Source of the DNA: Adineta vaga
Lineage: Eukaryota > Animalia > Rotifera
Direction of reading: 5' to 3'
DNA: 64,000 bases
Assembly (NCBI GenBank): GCA_021613535.1
Contig: CP075495.1
Location: 3,224,001-3,288,000, forward strand
The translations under genes and the position numbers were made by a program. Shown here piece after piece: positions 12,433 to 26,309 of this stretch. The notes beneath the pieces were generated by a model. The model was not told the origin of the DNA. It saw only the letters and a program-made list of their open reading frames with translations, and did not search any database. Position 1 is the stretch's first letter, and each line of letters opens with the position of its first letter.

Positions 12433-12918
12433 TTCAATCTAAAAAAAGAAAACAGAAACAAAATCAACCAAAAAGAAAACACAATAAATCGAGTGATGAT
12501 TTGACGTTTGTTGTTTTATAAATTCTTGCCAAAAGCAGAATATAACAAGAAGAGTATGCAATGCAAAAAAAAACGAAAAGAAAAAAAGAGTGAAGAGAAA
12601 TAAAGCTTGAATCAACTAACAAGAAACGTATTGTACAAAATACCTTTCTAACTTGTTCGTTCGATTGAACAGAGAAAGAGAAAACAAAACACATGATTGA
12701 GCAAAATATCGAATGTACAAGTACATGTATAGAAATGATAGAACTCAAACAAACAAACAAACATACAAATAGCATCTTTGACATAATTGCTCGTACAAGA
12801 AAGAAAGAAAAAGAGAAGATAAACAGATAGGCACCACCGGTTTAAAAAATTGTACTGTTCGATAGATGAGTTAACTATTTAAATGGATAGAATAGTTATG
12901 TTGTTGTTGTTGTTGTTA

Positions 12919-14986
12919 TTATTTTAATCTTTGCTGTTGATTATGATCTTGTTTTAATAGACGTATCTGCTTGCGATAGGCTTGTGAAAGACCTTTTTGC
13001 CAAAAACGTATCAATTTTAAATCACTTATATTTTCAACATTGAATATTGTCATTTGTTGACGATCATCTGTTGATAATGTGGATGCTGTTGAACAACGGC
13101 CAAGTTGAAAATAGAGTTTTGCTTTACTAAAAACAATTCATATTCATGTAATTCAACTTTCACATCATTCATTTAATATTCTTACTTTAAATATTTGATC
13201 TTTTGCTGGGTAATAATCGATTCAAAAGCTTCTTCATTCAAATTATTATCTGTAAATAGATCCGTAATTGTTTTTACATAAGTTGGTACTAAAAGTAAAA
13301 TAATTTTTCATTTAATTTTCACAATAAACAAAAATATATACATACTTGGCAATTCTGATCTCGTTGATGGTAATGTTTCTAATTTTACTACACGAAGATT
13401 ATCATCAATATCATCAAGTATAAGTTTTATAATAATCAAAGTACTATCATTCGCATCATCGATTAATGAAGATATCTCATTGTCTAATATCAAATCTGTA
13501 TCATATAAGATCAGATTTGCTGTACAAGATGTTGTTTGGTTTGTTGCTTCAATTAAATGACAACAACCATCAGGTAAAAATAACTATAAAAAAAACAAAG
13601 TCTCAATTCATGAATGACATCATTGTTATTTTTATCTTACTCGAAAGACACTTGCTAAAGCGCGAATTGCATCTTTATTATCAATTCTATTCGTATATTT
13701 CAAAATGATTCGATTTCCGATAACCCAATTATGAAGGATATGTTGTAAATATTTGGTATTATTTAATTGTTTAATAAATAATTCAAATAATTTAAATGCT
13801 TCATAACCATATGAAGAAAATTGATATTGTAAAGAATCGAAATCATCATCATCATCATTATAGAAACCATTATCATATCGTAGAGAATTATCAGCTGTTG
13901 AATATAATGATGTTGATAGAAAACTTGGATTAGGCGTATGATTAGTCGTCAATGTGGATGACATCATATAAGATTCTTGAGTTCGACCTGTAATAGATGT
14001 AGCTGTAATTGTAGTTGTTCGACGTTTTATTACTGAATTAGACAATTCATCATTATCATAAATATCTTTACGTTCTTGTTTTGTTGTTTGTTCTTCAGTT
14101 GGTAATGCATCAAAAAGTGATTCATTAATTGCTGTACTAGCTGTACGTAATATCCAAACAAATAGGGCATGAATACGATATATTAGTTTCGTATCATGTA
14201 CAATATCACTCAGCATTCGTTGTGAAGGTGTACGAGGTGGCGGACGAAAAATATATGTTGCTGTACTTGTTGTTGATGTTCCATTTAAATTTGTATTAAC
14301 TTTAATACGACCCTCTTGTTCATATGTTGCATTAGCATCAAATTGTAACCAATAAACAGCTTGTCGTAAACAATCAGTAAGAATTTTCATTAATGAAAGT
14401 AGATGATATTTATCAGAACATAGATAGCATAAAGAATAGAGACGTTGACTTCCACGAGCATGAAAATCTTTACAAGAAAATGCTAATGAGAGACAATAAC
14501 CATTTTCAGCATCACCAAATATTATTGGAGCATCAACTTCAACAGATTTCTAAGAAAACAAAGACAAATAGATTCCTTCATAATTATATTAACTTACTTC
14601 AATATTTAAACTTCGTACACATGCATTTCGAATATTCTTAAATAAATCTTGATTTGGTGTTGATGGTGATGATATATATAACATATGATTGATTGAGTCA
14701 ATTGTGGAAACAAGAGTACTTTCGGGTGATAATGTACATGACTAAAATAAAACCAATAGATGATTCTTTTTTTTTCTGAAAGGAAAATTTGAGTTTCATT
14801 TCGTTTTACTTTGCATTCACTTTTTCCTTGAGGATTTTCGGATTTAATATATTGGGAATAGAATGTTTTTAAATCTTCATCATCATTATCATTAGCACCT
14901 TGAATAAACGTTCTTGCTTCTGTACATAATAAGATTTGTGGTCCATGTAAGTCGCAAAAATGTTGTAACGCACAAGAGGCATTCAT
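12919..14986 (-). CDS. FLCN: Folliculin, 6 exons
   Basis: N-terminal MNASCALQHFCDLHGPQILLCTE, ACVRSLNIE, KDFHARGSQRLYS and C-terminal IRFWQKGLSQAYR match FLCN. Confidence 0.95.
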
Positions 14987-15161
14987 AAAAACATTAACGT
15001 ATTAAATATTTGAACATATACAGAAAAAAAAGAAAGGAAATGAAATTGGAAAGAGAAATCTAGAAAAGAGGAAAGCAAAAGCAATAAATTAAAATGAAAA
15101 TTTTCTGTTTTTCGTTTTTGAGATTCATTATTTAAAAACAAAACAAACAAAAAACAATGAT

Positions 15162-18034
15162 CTATCGAACAAATAATTTAAAACCATGATATGTATCAAT
15201 AACACGTGGTACTAATAAATGAAATCGCCAACGTTTTATACAATTGAATGTATAAAAAAATGGATAGATAAATAATGATGGAATATATGTAAGAAAATGA
15301 TAAATTAAATGAAGACGTTTTAAAAAGGAATGTTCATTTAAATAAAGATCAACATCAGCATTTGTTGGTTGATGAAAATTAAATTCCGGATAGAAATATG
15401 AAAATGAACATTTCGGTTCGAGATGATTTGCACGCCATGATGCGTTCGAATCATGACTGACTTTGGATGGTTCATTATTCATATTTAATTTCAACCAAAT
15501 TTCAGTAAATATACCTAAACGTACTTGACCTAATTCGATTAATTTTGGCATCTTCTTTTGTCGAGTAAATGTTTGTAAAACAAGAAAAACACTTGGTTTA
15601 CATGAATGTTGAAATGTTTGACAACGAATTTGTTTTAACCATTTAAAGGAATTAAATGTATCAAAGAGAAGAATTAATCGTGATGTTGATGATGAACTTT
15701 CATTTTCACACCACCATTGTAAAAGAAGATTTAATGTCACTTTTTGATTATCTAGAAGAAATAGATTAGAATAGACTTTTTTGTTTTTCTTTTGAAGAAA
15801 ACATTTTTCATTACCAGATAAAATAAGATCACCATTATCACATGTTGGACCAGAAAAATAGAGAAAATAAGTATCATAACTCGTCCATCATGTGTACGAC
15901 GTGCGAAGAATGTTTTTAATTTCGTATCAATAAAATTCATGGAAATACCAGATGAAGAATAATCACAACCAAATATATCAATTAAATTATTTGTCATAAA
16001 ACGTTCGAGATTATTCAAAATATTTGTACAACGTTGACTACTGTCAAATGCTTCTTGTTGGGAAAGAATTTGTACGTTTCGACTAATGAAATATAGAAAT
16101 GAAAAAAAGAACATGTCAAACTGAAATTCAACATTCGTACCTGCTAGAAAACAATCCATTATCACGAGATCTAAAAACGAAAGATTTGTTAAGTATAATA
16201 TTCAGATTTATTACAGTGTTAGAACACATCGAAGCTGATTAGAAGAAGGGTGCAGATGTCTGATTGAATATTACAATACCTTAAGATCATCTGCGATTGA
16301 TTCGATATGTTCGATTCCCAATTCTTTGGTCTACAAGTCAAGAGATATTTTCAAACTACGTATTTCGAGAAGAAATCTGCATAACATATAAAGTTCCGAT
16401 TACGATTAATTTCTAAGATATTTGGCGTGAATATTTTGTGTATGATAGCTCTATTTTTATGATCTATATTACTTTCTTTGTTGTTAGCATTTCTTATTAA
16501 TTTCCTGTATTTTTCTTTTATCTTATGACACTAAGTTCTGACGTAGGACCTAGTAATCTCGATTTATATCCAATAAAAATAGAACTCTGCATGACATGTA
16601 TTCAAAATTAAAATGAACATATGATAATCTTTGTCCTATTTTCTTCTTTGATATTAATCTAAGCTTATGTCAACTCAATAGAACACTACAGTGTAATCAA
16701 TAGTTTTCTTATTTCTTCATTGTAGATCCAAAAATAGAAAGGAAGTCCTTTCCATTTTTTTAGTTAAAATTCGACTTACTCAAATGCTGGTGCTACTAAT
16801 GCATAGCCAATACATGAACCGCCTACAATTGATGTCAATTGTTTGACAAGTGCCAAAATTAAACATTCAAAATGAATAGTTAAAAGAAATAAAACAATTG
16901 AATCCTTTGTACATGTATCATAATGTAATAAACTAATAAAACATGTTAATAATGTTGAACAAACAAGAATTGGCCAAGTAATTAAACCAAAATATCGAAT
17001 ACCTTAAAATATATATTTAAATATGAAGAGGAAAATAGTTATTATTGTCAATTACCTCTTGATGCTAATAATTTAATAAATGAAATTTTATGTTTTTCAT
17101 TATCAATATTCGTTTGAATCATTGTTAAATAACAATCAATTAATTTCTTTGATAACATCCATAATAAACTAAATGTTAATGAACGAAATAGAATCCAAAC
17201 TATACTACTAAGAAAAAATAAAGGAACAACAATAAACCATTCATCATGTAAACGTATTGTATGACCAATAATATAAATACAATGAAATGGTAAAAGATAA
17301 TAAATACATATCATAAAACGTTGAAAAATCATTCGATATGAACTTGATAAATGTAATAGAAAAATCCAACGTTCAAGTGATGTTAACGGAATAAAATAAA
17401 GTTCTATTATTGGTCGAGTTATCATACGAAAAAGAAAACAAAGACATCCAATATATGAATAGAATGTATAATAATTATAAAAATAGATCAAATTAAATGA
17501 TAATAAAAGAAATGAATGAAAAGCACGTAAACGTAATGTAATAATTAAAAGAAAAAATGATAATAGTAAATAATACAATGCAATTGATTGTGATGTTATG
17601 TATAATCCGCATGAAAAACCGATTAATTCTGCTAATTCATTAAAATGAAGAAAATAAAATGTTGTATTATGAAATAAACGTATTAAATGAGATAATATTG
17701 AACAAATGATTGATAAAATTAAAAGTAAATCAAATAAAACTAAATTTGTTGTTGATGAAATAGTACTTGTTCGAAATGTAAATATTGATAATGAAAGACA
17801 TAAGGATAAGAAGAATGATGTTAAAAAAATAAATAGATTTGTTAATAAAGTTGGTAATAAACGTGTTAAGAAAAATAATAAAATATATAGAATAGAAATG
17901 AATATGAATAATCCACGTGATATTATTTCATGATTAGATTGATATTTAACAAAGAAGAAATCATATAAACAAGCAATAAAGATCAGACAATTGGATATAC
18001 ATAGAAATAATCGATCAAAATTTTGAATTAACAT
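15162..18034 (-). CDS. TMEM168: Transmembrane protein 168 (introns 17003-17055, 16083-16779, ~15752-15815; apparent 1-nt frameshift near 15880)
   Basis: LASRGIRYF, IFGCDYSSSG, YDTYFLYFSG (in shifted frame), QWWCE..SRLILLFD and C-terminal PRVIDTYHGFKLF match TMEM168. Confidence 0.92.
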
Positions 18035-18178
18035 CTAAAAAGTAAAATTCGAGTTATATGTATATGTATATATATAAATATAGACGTGTTATTTGTTTGT
18101 CTGTTCCATTTTAATATTTCTATATAAAAAAATAAATCATGAAAATTTTCTGTCACTATTTTCTTTTCCTTTATTTTA

Positions 18179-19291
18179 TCATTCAGATACAAGATAATGT
18201 TGTGATCGTTGCATTTCTTCGCGTTTCAAATCCGCTAAATGGCCAATTGTCTGTAAATGTAGAATATGACGAGTAATTATTGAGAACTTTTCACAAACAA
18301 TGAAATAATCATAATGTTCCATTAAATATAACCATAAGAATTCTGTGTATTTAGCTTGAATTCTATATACACAGAGTGTATCAATACAATCATTGAATGA
18401 GATATGTGTCGAGAAAAGTAAAATTACTAATAATAATCGTATACATGTTGAATTACTGATTTGTTGTTTAAAAATTTGCAGAACTATATCTGCTTCTTCA
18501 AGTAAGTTTTTCCCAAAAACTGTTTCGATCAGAAGATTTATTGCTGGCCATAATGGTAAATCATCACATTTAGTTTCAATGAGACTAATTCGTATTAATA
18601 ATCTCATATTATGTTGACATAATGTTAATTGTTGAGTTTCAGAAAATTTTTTTAATTCTGGAATACATCGAAAAAAATCCATTAATGATGCGGAATGTTT
18701 AGCAAAATATTGATAATAATGTTGAATTTTAATTCGTGATTTAATTGGTTGATGACAAATTAATTCATATTCTGTTTTGTCAAAAATAATCAACGGACGA
18801 TAACAATATTCATCGAAAGCATTATAAATATTTCGTACAAAATTCGAATGATTACTATTTATTGAATTATTACATTTGATAGTTAACGTATCAATTGGAC
18901 GAATTAAATTTAATGTCATTTGACGATTGGCTATGATTTTTTCACGTTTCACACGTTTAAGTTCATCGGTAAGAATTAATTCTTTCTTCATTCCAACTTC
19001 AAAACATTTCTTTAATCGACAATACGAACAATCACGACGAGTTTTCATATTAATTGAACAATTTTCACTTAAATATCGACATTGCAATGATGGCAAACCG
19101 AATAAAGCATTACGACGAAAAAATGCTTTACAGCACATACATGTTATCACAGCAAAATTGAAACCTGTCGCTGGTGCACCACAAACCGTACATATTAAAT
19201 CTTTACGAGAGATCGATGTTTCTTTGTCATTATTGACCATGTCGACAATTGACAATTTCTTTTTCGTCATTTTAATTGCAACCGTGTTCAT
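18179..19291 (-). CDS. Intronless nuclear hormone receptor, NR1J/HR96-like group
   Basis: C4 zinc fingers CTVCGAPATGFNFAVITCMCCKAFFRRNAL...CSYCRLKKCFEVGMKKELI; LBD signature FFRCIPELKKFSETQQLTL. Confidence 0.9.
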   Translation of the reverse strand: MNTVAIKMTKKKLSIVDMVNNDKETSISRKDLICTVCGAPATGFNFAVITCMCCKAFFRRNALFGLPSLQCRYLSENCSINMKTRRDCSYCRLKKCFEVGMKKELILTDELKRVKREKIIANRQMTLNLIRPIDTLTIKCNNSINSNHSNFVRNIYNAFDEYCYRPLIIFDKTEYELICHQPIKSRIKIQHYYQYFAKHSASLMDFFRCIPELKKFSETQQLTLCQHNMRLLIRISLIETKCDDLPLWPAINLLIETVFGKNLLEEADIVLQIFKQQISNSTCIRLLLVILLFSTHISFNDCIDTLCVYRIQAKYTEFLWLYLMEHYDYFIVCEKFSIITRHILHLQTIGHLADLKREEMQRSQHYLVSE

Positions 19292-19678
19292 GTGATCAAT
19301 TTGAACATATACAGAGTATAATTGGATTGAGTAAAATAACTTCTCTTCACTGTACGAACAGTAGTATCAACGAATAGAATTACATTGATTCTAACGGCAA
19401 TATTTATGAATACAAATAGACAATGAAATATTTTTGTTACGAGCGACATCTTTTGATATGAAAATTTTCGATTAATTATCGAATAAATTTTATCAATAGA
19501 AAAATTAGTTGTTTTTTATAGAAATATTTGAAAATTTCATCAAAACATTTTCATGATGATTTTCAATTGGTCAATGTATTTTCGTTTACGTGGTGGTAAG
19601 AATACTGCTAGGAGAGAAAAGTCGATTACTTGCTTCTTCTATTCGTTTTTTTTTGTTGGAATTGGAAGATCGATAAAG

Positions 19679-20627
19679 ATGTTTATGAAGATACCATTGA
19701 TTTTACTTGCTTTACTCTCTGTTGTATACAGTCAAGCAGATGATGAAGAATCATTCTTATTCGTTACAAAACAAACAGTCAATCGATTTATTGTACAAGA
19801 TAAAGAATTAACAATTAAATATGGTTTATATAATTCTGGTCCAACGTAGGAGAATCATTTTGTGAAAAGGTTTTTTTTTAATTTATTAAAAGTTGTCTTT
19901 GTCATATTTAGAACTGTTTACAATGTTAATTTAAATGATGTTCATAGTTTTCCAACCAAATCCTATGAATTACTTGTCGGTACATTGAATCCAAAATGGG
20001 AACGAATCAATGCGTATGTCGTTTTTACAAATGAAATATATTCTTCAAGTAAATATCAATGTTTCGTTTTTCTTTTCATTTAGAGGAGCTAATTTAACTC
20101 ATGTTGTTGTTTTGAAACCAAAACAAAGTGGCATTAGTAATAGTTCACATGCAATTGTTACATACCAAAAAAGTGAAAAAAATAGTGACGTTCAAGTAAG
20201 AAAAAAAAATCATTTGATATAAATGTGTAGGTGTATAAATTGAGTAATCAAGAATGAGAATGAGGATTCATTCGTGTCTTACTGATAACCATCTTTATGC
20301 GTTCCCATACGAGACAATACATAGATTCAACTTAAATGAATATTACATTGTAAATTTCATTCTTATAGAGAACTTATTCATCCGAAATTGGTGATGTTTA
20401 TATCATGACAACTCGTGAATATGACCGACGATTCTCATCACATATTGTAAGTCTTAGATATTCGATTGAATTCTTTGGAAAATTTCAATTCTCTTTAGAT
20501 TGATTGGATACTTTTTACTGCTATGGCCAGTCCATGCATCGTTTTTCCATTCTTTCTTTGGTTTAATAGCAAACGCAAATATGAATCATTATCATCGAAA
20601 GATAAATCAACAAAAAAAGGTCAATAG
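19679..20627 (+). CDS. SSR2: Translocon-associated protein beta (TRAP-beta), 5 exons
   Basis: Signal peptide, then KELTIKYGLYN, KWERINAGANLTHVVVLKP, REYDRRFSSHIIDW and PFFLWFNSKRKYE. Confidence 0.96.
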
Positions 20628-21206
20628 ATAACTAAACATTGAAAACAAATCAAATAGTTTTGTTTATTCGACGTGCGATATTCTTTTTCTTTTTTCTCTT
20701 CATTTTTGTTTTATTTTCAACTCGTTCTGTCAAAGGTGATTGAGTGTTTGTTTGTTTGTTTGTTAGTAACGTCTGGATGATTATTGTTATTTGTTGCAAA
20801 CAAAGAAACCTTCTTTTGTTGTTTGTTTTTAGACTTGCCGTCGATCTCTTTCTTTTTCTTTATTGTTATTTATGAGGAGATAATAGTGGACAAGATCAGT
20901 TTTAAAGAACACTTTTCTTTTTACTTATACAAACTGCCATAGATTCTACAATATTTTGATGATGAAGAGGATGAGATTGTCTTACTCAATACCATTCGCA
21001 ATCAGCTATATGTCAGGAAATGAAAATCCCTAGAATTTTATAGATCATTTCATCCTCGTATTTTCGTTGGAATCATTCATTGTTACATCTTATCCGAAAA
21101 AGAGACTTCGATCTTTTTCTTACATGGTTTTTCATAGATCTGGAAATATTTCATTTCTCGTTATTTAAAACAAATGAATATTTATTTAATAATATGTATA
21201 TAAATT

Positions 21207-22559
21207 TTAAACTTCAGCTACGTTCAAAGCACCCTTTGATGGTTGTCTACTGTTTAATTGTGAACTGATAATTGTTTCATTACTAAGTCGTTTCGATGAA
21301 TTATTCAATGAATATATACATGTTCGCGGGATTGAACTTGATCGTCGTTGAATAGGATCATTGTGAACTCCATTAAGTAGTTCTTGACCATGTATTGAAT
21401 TTAAACGTATATCACTTCGAGTTTGTCGTCTTCGACGACGTGGCTGATAATTATCATCATTACTTAATTTTGCTTGTATGAAATCGCATACATCACTGAT
21501 AGTTTCAACACTAGCTGCACGAAATTTGGAACCAGCCAAACAATAGAACACAAAATTTGTCTAAATAATAAATAAACAATAGAAATTGAATTTTATCAAC
21601 GAAATGATTTCACTTACTGCTGAACTCATCTGAAGCCAAAGTACTGAAAGATTCGTCATTAAAAAACGTAATTTTAATCGTTTAACATCATGATGTTTCG
21701 GTGGATTTATCTGACGAATATAATCAATAATAGCAGGTGTTGTAAACAAATAAAAACTTAATGAAACAGTAACAAGCATAATTGTTAATTGTTGTTGTTT
21801 TCGATTAAATGAAATCGCATTGATTTGATTATTAGCATTTTCAGGATTCATCAATGTTTTTTGACGCTGTCGTTTTGCCATACATAATTCATAAATAACA
21901 AATAAATTTGCTAATAAAAGTAAATCCGGTACAAAATAAAATATCGTTGGTTTAATGAAACGTATGATTGTTTGATATCGTGCACGAACACCACATTTCT
22001 GTTGAACTTTATCGATTGTATAGATTAAGGGGAATGTTGTTGAAAATAAAATCAATGCAACAAATATAAGAGTATAAATTGATGAACGTGCATTCTCAGT
22101 TGTACAATAACGTTTAGCAAGAAATGGTGAACGTACAGCAATACAACGTTCTAAGGTCATTATAACAATAATCCATACACTACAAAATGTTACAAGATCC
22201 GTAATATAAGTCAGAAGACAATGTGAAATATAGAAATTAATCCAATGTGATGTTGCTAAACTTGTTATATGAACGACAAGAACAGAGATATCAAAAATAG
22301 CTAAATAAGTTATAAAAACACTTGATGATGTATCACGTAAAGAACGACGATTTATAACAATAAGTGCAAGACCATTTCCAACAATTCCACACATAACCAT
22401 AAGAATTTCCAGAATGATAATCCAAAAGTTTACTTTTTGTATAAATTCAGTAATTTCAATTCGAATTAAACTCTCATTTAACATTGGAACGATGGAATTA
22501 TTAGAATTATCTTTATCATTCAAGAAAAAGACGTTTGAAATATTATTTTCATTCATCAT
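21207..22559 (-). CDS. Class A neuropeptide-type GPCR, intron 21561-21617
   Basis: GIVGN in TM1, LAIFD in TM2, SVWIIVIMTLERCIAV in TM3, FTTP in TM6, TNFVFYCLAGSKFR in TM7/H8. Confidence 0.92.
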
Positions 22560-24620
22560 TGGAAAAATCTGAAAACAAACAAAAGTATTCGTTATCTATT
22601 TTCTTTTATTTGATTTTTCCTACAGAAATCAAATATTAACTGTCAACGAACTATTCAATAACTAACTCTTTATCTAATTTACTTTCTCAACATATGTATA
22701 TATCCATATATACATAGATATATGCAAGATATATGTTCTTTTTTCATCGACATACATCACATATCTGGAGTCCTCATTTGTCTGTTTCGAACTGTTTATC
22801 ACCCGTTTGTATAGTCAACTCAACAGTTAATTTGTCATTCCTTCTTTTTTTTCTTTCAAACGAATATATATTCGTAGAAAACACGACAAGAAAAGAAACA
22901 ACTTACATCTCAAATTATAGTTCATGAATGAACAATAACATCAGATGTAATGATTAACTTACTTGTTTAAATGCCTAGATTGACTTCTGTTGTCCCTTAC
23001 GAGTACATCAGAGACGAAAGAAAGCTATTTTGCTTTTTGTTTATTTGATTGATATGATGTTGTTTTTTCTCTATCGAGAAGAGCAATTATTTGATTCTTG
23101 TCTTCGTTTTTCTTTTTTATGAAATAGAAGAGAGAGAGAGAGAAAAAACACAATCTTATCGATTTTAATCAAAACTCGAATCGATCTGATCGTGGAAATA
23201 ATTATGTGCAAAAAAAAGAGAGAAAATACGAAACTATTTAGAAGACAATTGACTAATTATCTTTTCTTAAGTAGATGAATATACTCATGATATAAAAGAT
23301 AGTCTGATACATCTGGTAAGATAGTTGTCTTCTTGTTATTTTTGTTGATTATCGCTTGGAGTAGAAGTATTGTTGATTCTAACGAAGATGTCGACGATGT
23401 GAAAAAAAAACGATGACCTTAATATTTTCTCTTAGCAATCGCATCCAGATTGTGCCTTTTTACTTACTTTAGATAGATAATCGAACGGAGAATATAAAAC
23501 AAGAAAACCGGAAAAGAAGAAATAAGTTAATGTCGGCAATTTTCCTTTTTCTCGGGCATCTTTGTTTTTCATTGTTCCTCTTGCTATTTTTATCAGAATA
23601 GTCAAGTCTTGACTTTCTGTCGGTAATATTGATACATAAAAAAATGAAGTTTAATAAATGAATCTCTGATTATTTGTTCTTCTTTGACAACTGTGATTAT
23701 TAATGATCTCCAAGAGAGAGAAAATGTCGGAGAAAACTTACACAGTATGAGACTACTTAGTGAAAGAAAATTAATCACTTCATTTGTAATAGATCAGAAC
23801 ATTTAGGACCTTTTCAGGACGAAAAACTATATCGATAACTAACAACAACAGCTGTACAAAATCTGGGTAAATTACACAAATGATCTCAAATTTCAAATGT
23901 ACCATTAATACTAAAGATATGATTTAAGCATTTCTTTCTTCGTGTATATATATATAAACTAGGTCTCTTCTTCTTCTCGATCTTTTTATTTTTGAATCAA
24001 AGAGAAAAGTAATATGTCAGGAGATTATTATGTCCAAACAGATTTCATCAAGTTCTGTTTATTCTATCGGATTCTCGTTCTAATGACATATGATAAATGT
24101 TTCCTTTTTCCCTCAAGGAAAGAGAAAGAAAAACTCGATAACACAAACTAAAAGAAACAAAATCAATTTCTGAGATATACACGATTAATAACACAGAATC
24201 GGAAGAAAAGAAATCAAATAACATATTCATTCGACTATTTTTTTTTCAATTCTATTTGATTGAAGAAAAAACTACTTGAGAATAGAAAATCAATCCACTC
24301 ATAGAATCGTGATTGAATGAAACTCATTAACAATAATATTCAGCGCGAAAAAGAAACACGAAAGCAATGAATTGTGAGAATCCAAATTATCTTTGTTTTG
24401 AATTTGTTTTAAACTTCTCGAATATTTCATATAATGAAATACCAAATCAACTCTTTCATTTAACATCGAATTCTTCATCCTATTGGATAATATTAGGCAT
24501 TCTCTTCTTGTTTATTAGTTCGGATTTTATTTTACGAAATTTTTCTCAAATCAATCAAATATCTTTTGAAATTATTGATTTTACTACGAATTATTATTAT
24601 GAAGAATTTCAAGTCCGTAA

Positions 24621-26309
24621 TCATGTCAACATTGGTGCATAATTCAAATAACATTTTGCATCAGCTGGATGAAATTTAATTTTGGTTAAATTCGAATGAA
24701 AATCATTCACAACAGATAAATGTGCTGCTAAAAAGAATAGAGCTGTACATGGCATAGTGAGAACAAATAATAAGAAGAATAGACGATCAAGTACCAATGC
24801 TACTTGTTGCCATTCATCTAATCGTTGTTTATTATCAATTTGTAATAAATCATTATCAATTTCATAATCAATATTTGATCGAAATAAACATGTATAATAT
24901 CGACGTAGATGAAATTTTATATGTTGTAAACAACGAAATAATTCAGTAGACTAAATTAAAATTTTCAAAAACTAAATTCGAAAATAATCAATTCAAAAAG
25001 AATTAATTACCTGATGATTTGTCAATTGAACTTTTGATGTTTGAGAAAAAATTGAACGTATACTTTTTTCAATCGTACTTAAACGTCTTAGAAGTTTTAT
25101 ATCAGATGATTTACGTATGGATTTTTCTATGTTTCTATTTGATTCCTGTTTACCATATATAAGTGGACTTAAATAATCAAGTACGATCAATTTCATATAG
25201 AAAGGTACATTTGATATACGTGTTGTTGTTGGACGATGATATAAATATAGAACATAAACTGTCATAATACATGATAGAAAGACTAGAATAAAATTTGCAT
25301 TACAAAATAATGTTAAAATCGGTGTTTCATCATCAACTTTTGGAATATATTCACTAATTAATTGTAAATAGATCACTAATGATAGAAGTATAGTAACACT
25401 TAATGTTAGTTTTTCACCTGTTTGTGGTGGTAATAAAAATGTAAATAATGTGACAAATGAAACTAATGTATATGGAAGAATAATTTTAATAATATAATAT
25501 AATTGTGTACGTTTTAATATTAATGTAAAATGCACAAGACTATAATTAACTTGATTAAAATCAGATATACGTTCTTCAACAATTGTCATATAAGAATGTA
25601 TTAATTCCCATTCACCGCGAATAAATGAATGCCGTTCAATTGGACGTCGTTGAAGAAATCTTATTGAATTACTATCATGTCCACCGCTACGAATAATTAT
25701 TGTACAAAGTTGATGATCAAATGGAAAATAAGTCAAACGAACTTTACATATTGTTTTCCAAAGATCTTGAAACATAAATCGTACATAACCTTTGATAGAA
25801 AAAAAAAATTTAAGATTAAAAATCAAACAGAATAAAACTATACCATCATGTCGAAGAATTAATGCGTAATGTTCACGATTTCGAGAGAATTTCTCATCAG
25901 CTGAATTAACTAGGACAATATTTGGTGTCCATAAATGATCTGAACTAACTGATAGAGCAGTTATATTATATCGACTTATATTCCATGACATATATGGATC
26001 ACACCATGCACAAACTAATTGAACATTACTTGTAACAACCTAGATCGAATGAATTGATCAATGAAGAAGAGAAAAGAAAAGATTTGTAAGAAAACAAACT
26101 TGTGCTTTTTCATCGACACTTTCAATTTGTAATAAAATTAAATTTGTATAAACATTTGTTATACCTTTTTCCGGACAAACTTGCTGATCATATGGCCTCT
26201 GATCAAATAATAGACGTCGAAGTCCATCTTCGTTTGTATTCACAAATGAAAATAAATGTTGAGTGCATAGAAATATGAGGGAAAACTTCCATACGAATTC
26301 GTTTAACAT
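24621..26309 (-). CDS. Divergent nicotinic acetylcholine receptor-like Cys-loop channel subunit (non-alpha), 4 exons
   Basis: Signal peptide, W.DP..W, LWTPNIVL, Cys-loop CKVRLTYFPFDHQLC, GEW, PPQTGEKLTL before M2, EWQQVALVLDRLF before M4. Confidence 0.92.

Noticed and set aside
17706-19295. Plus-strand ORFs of 74-122 aa overlapping TMEM168 and the nuclear receptor
   Set aside because: Antisense shadows of real coding sequence with no independent features.
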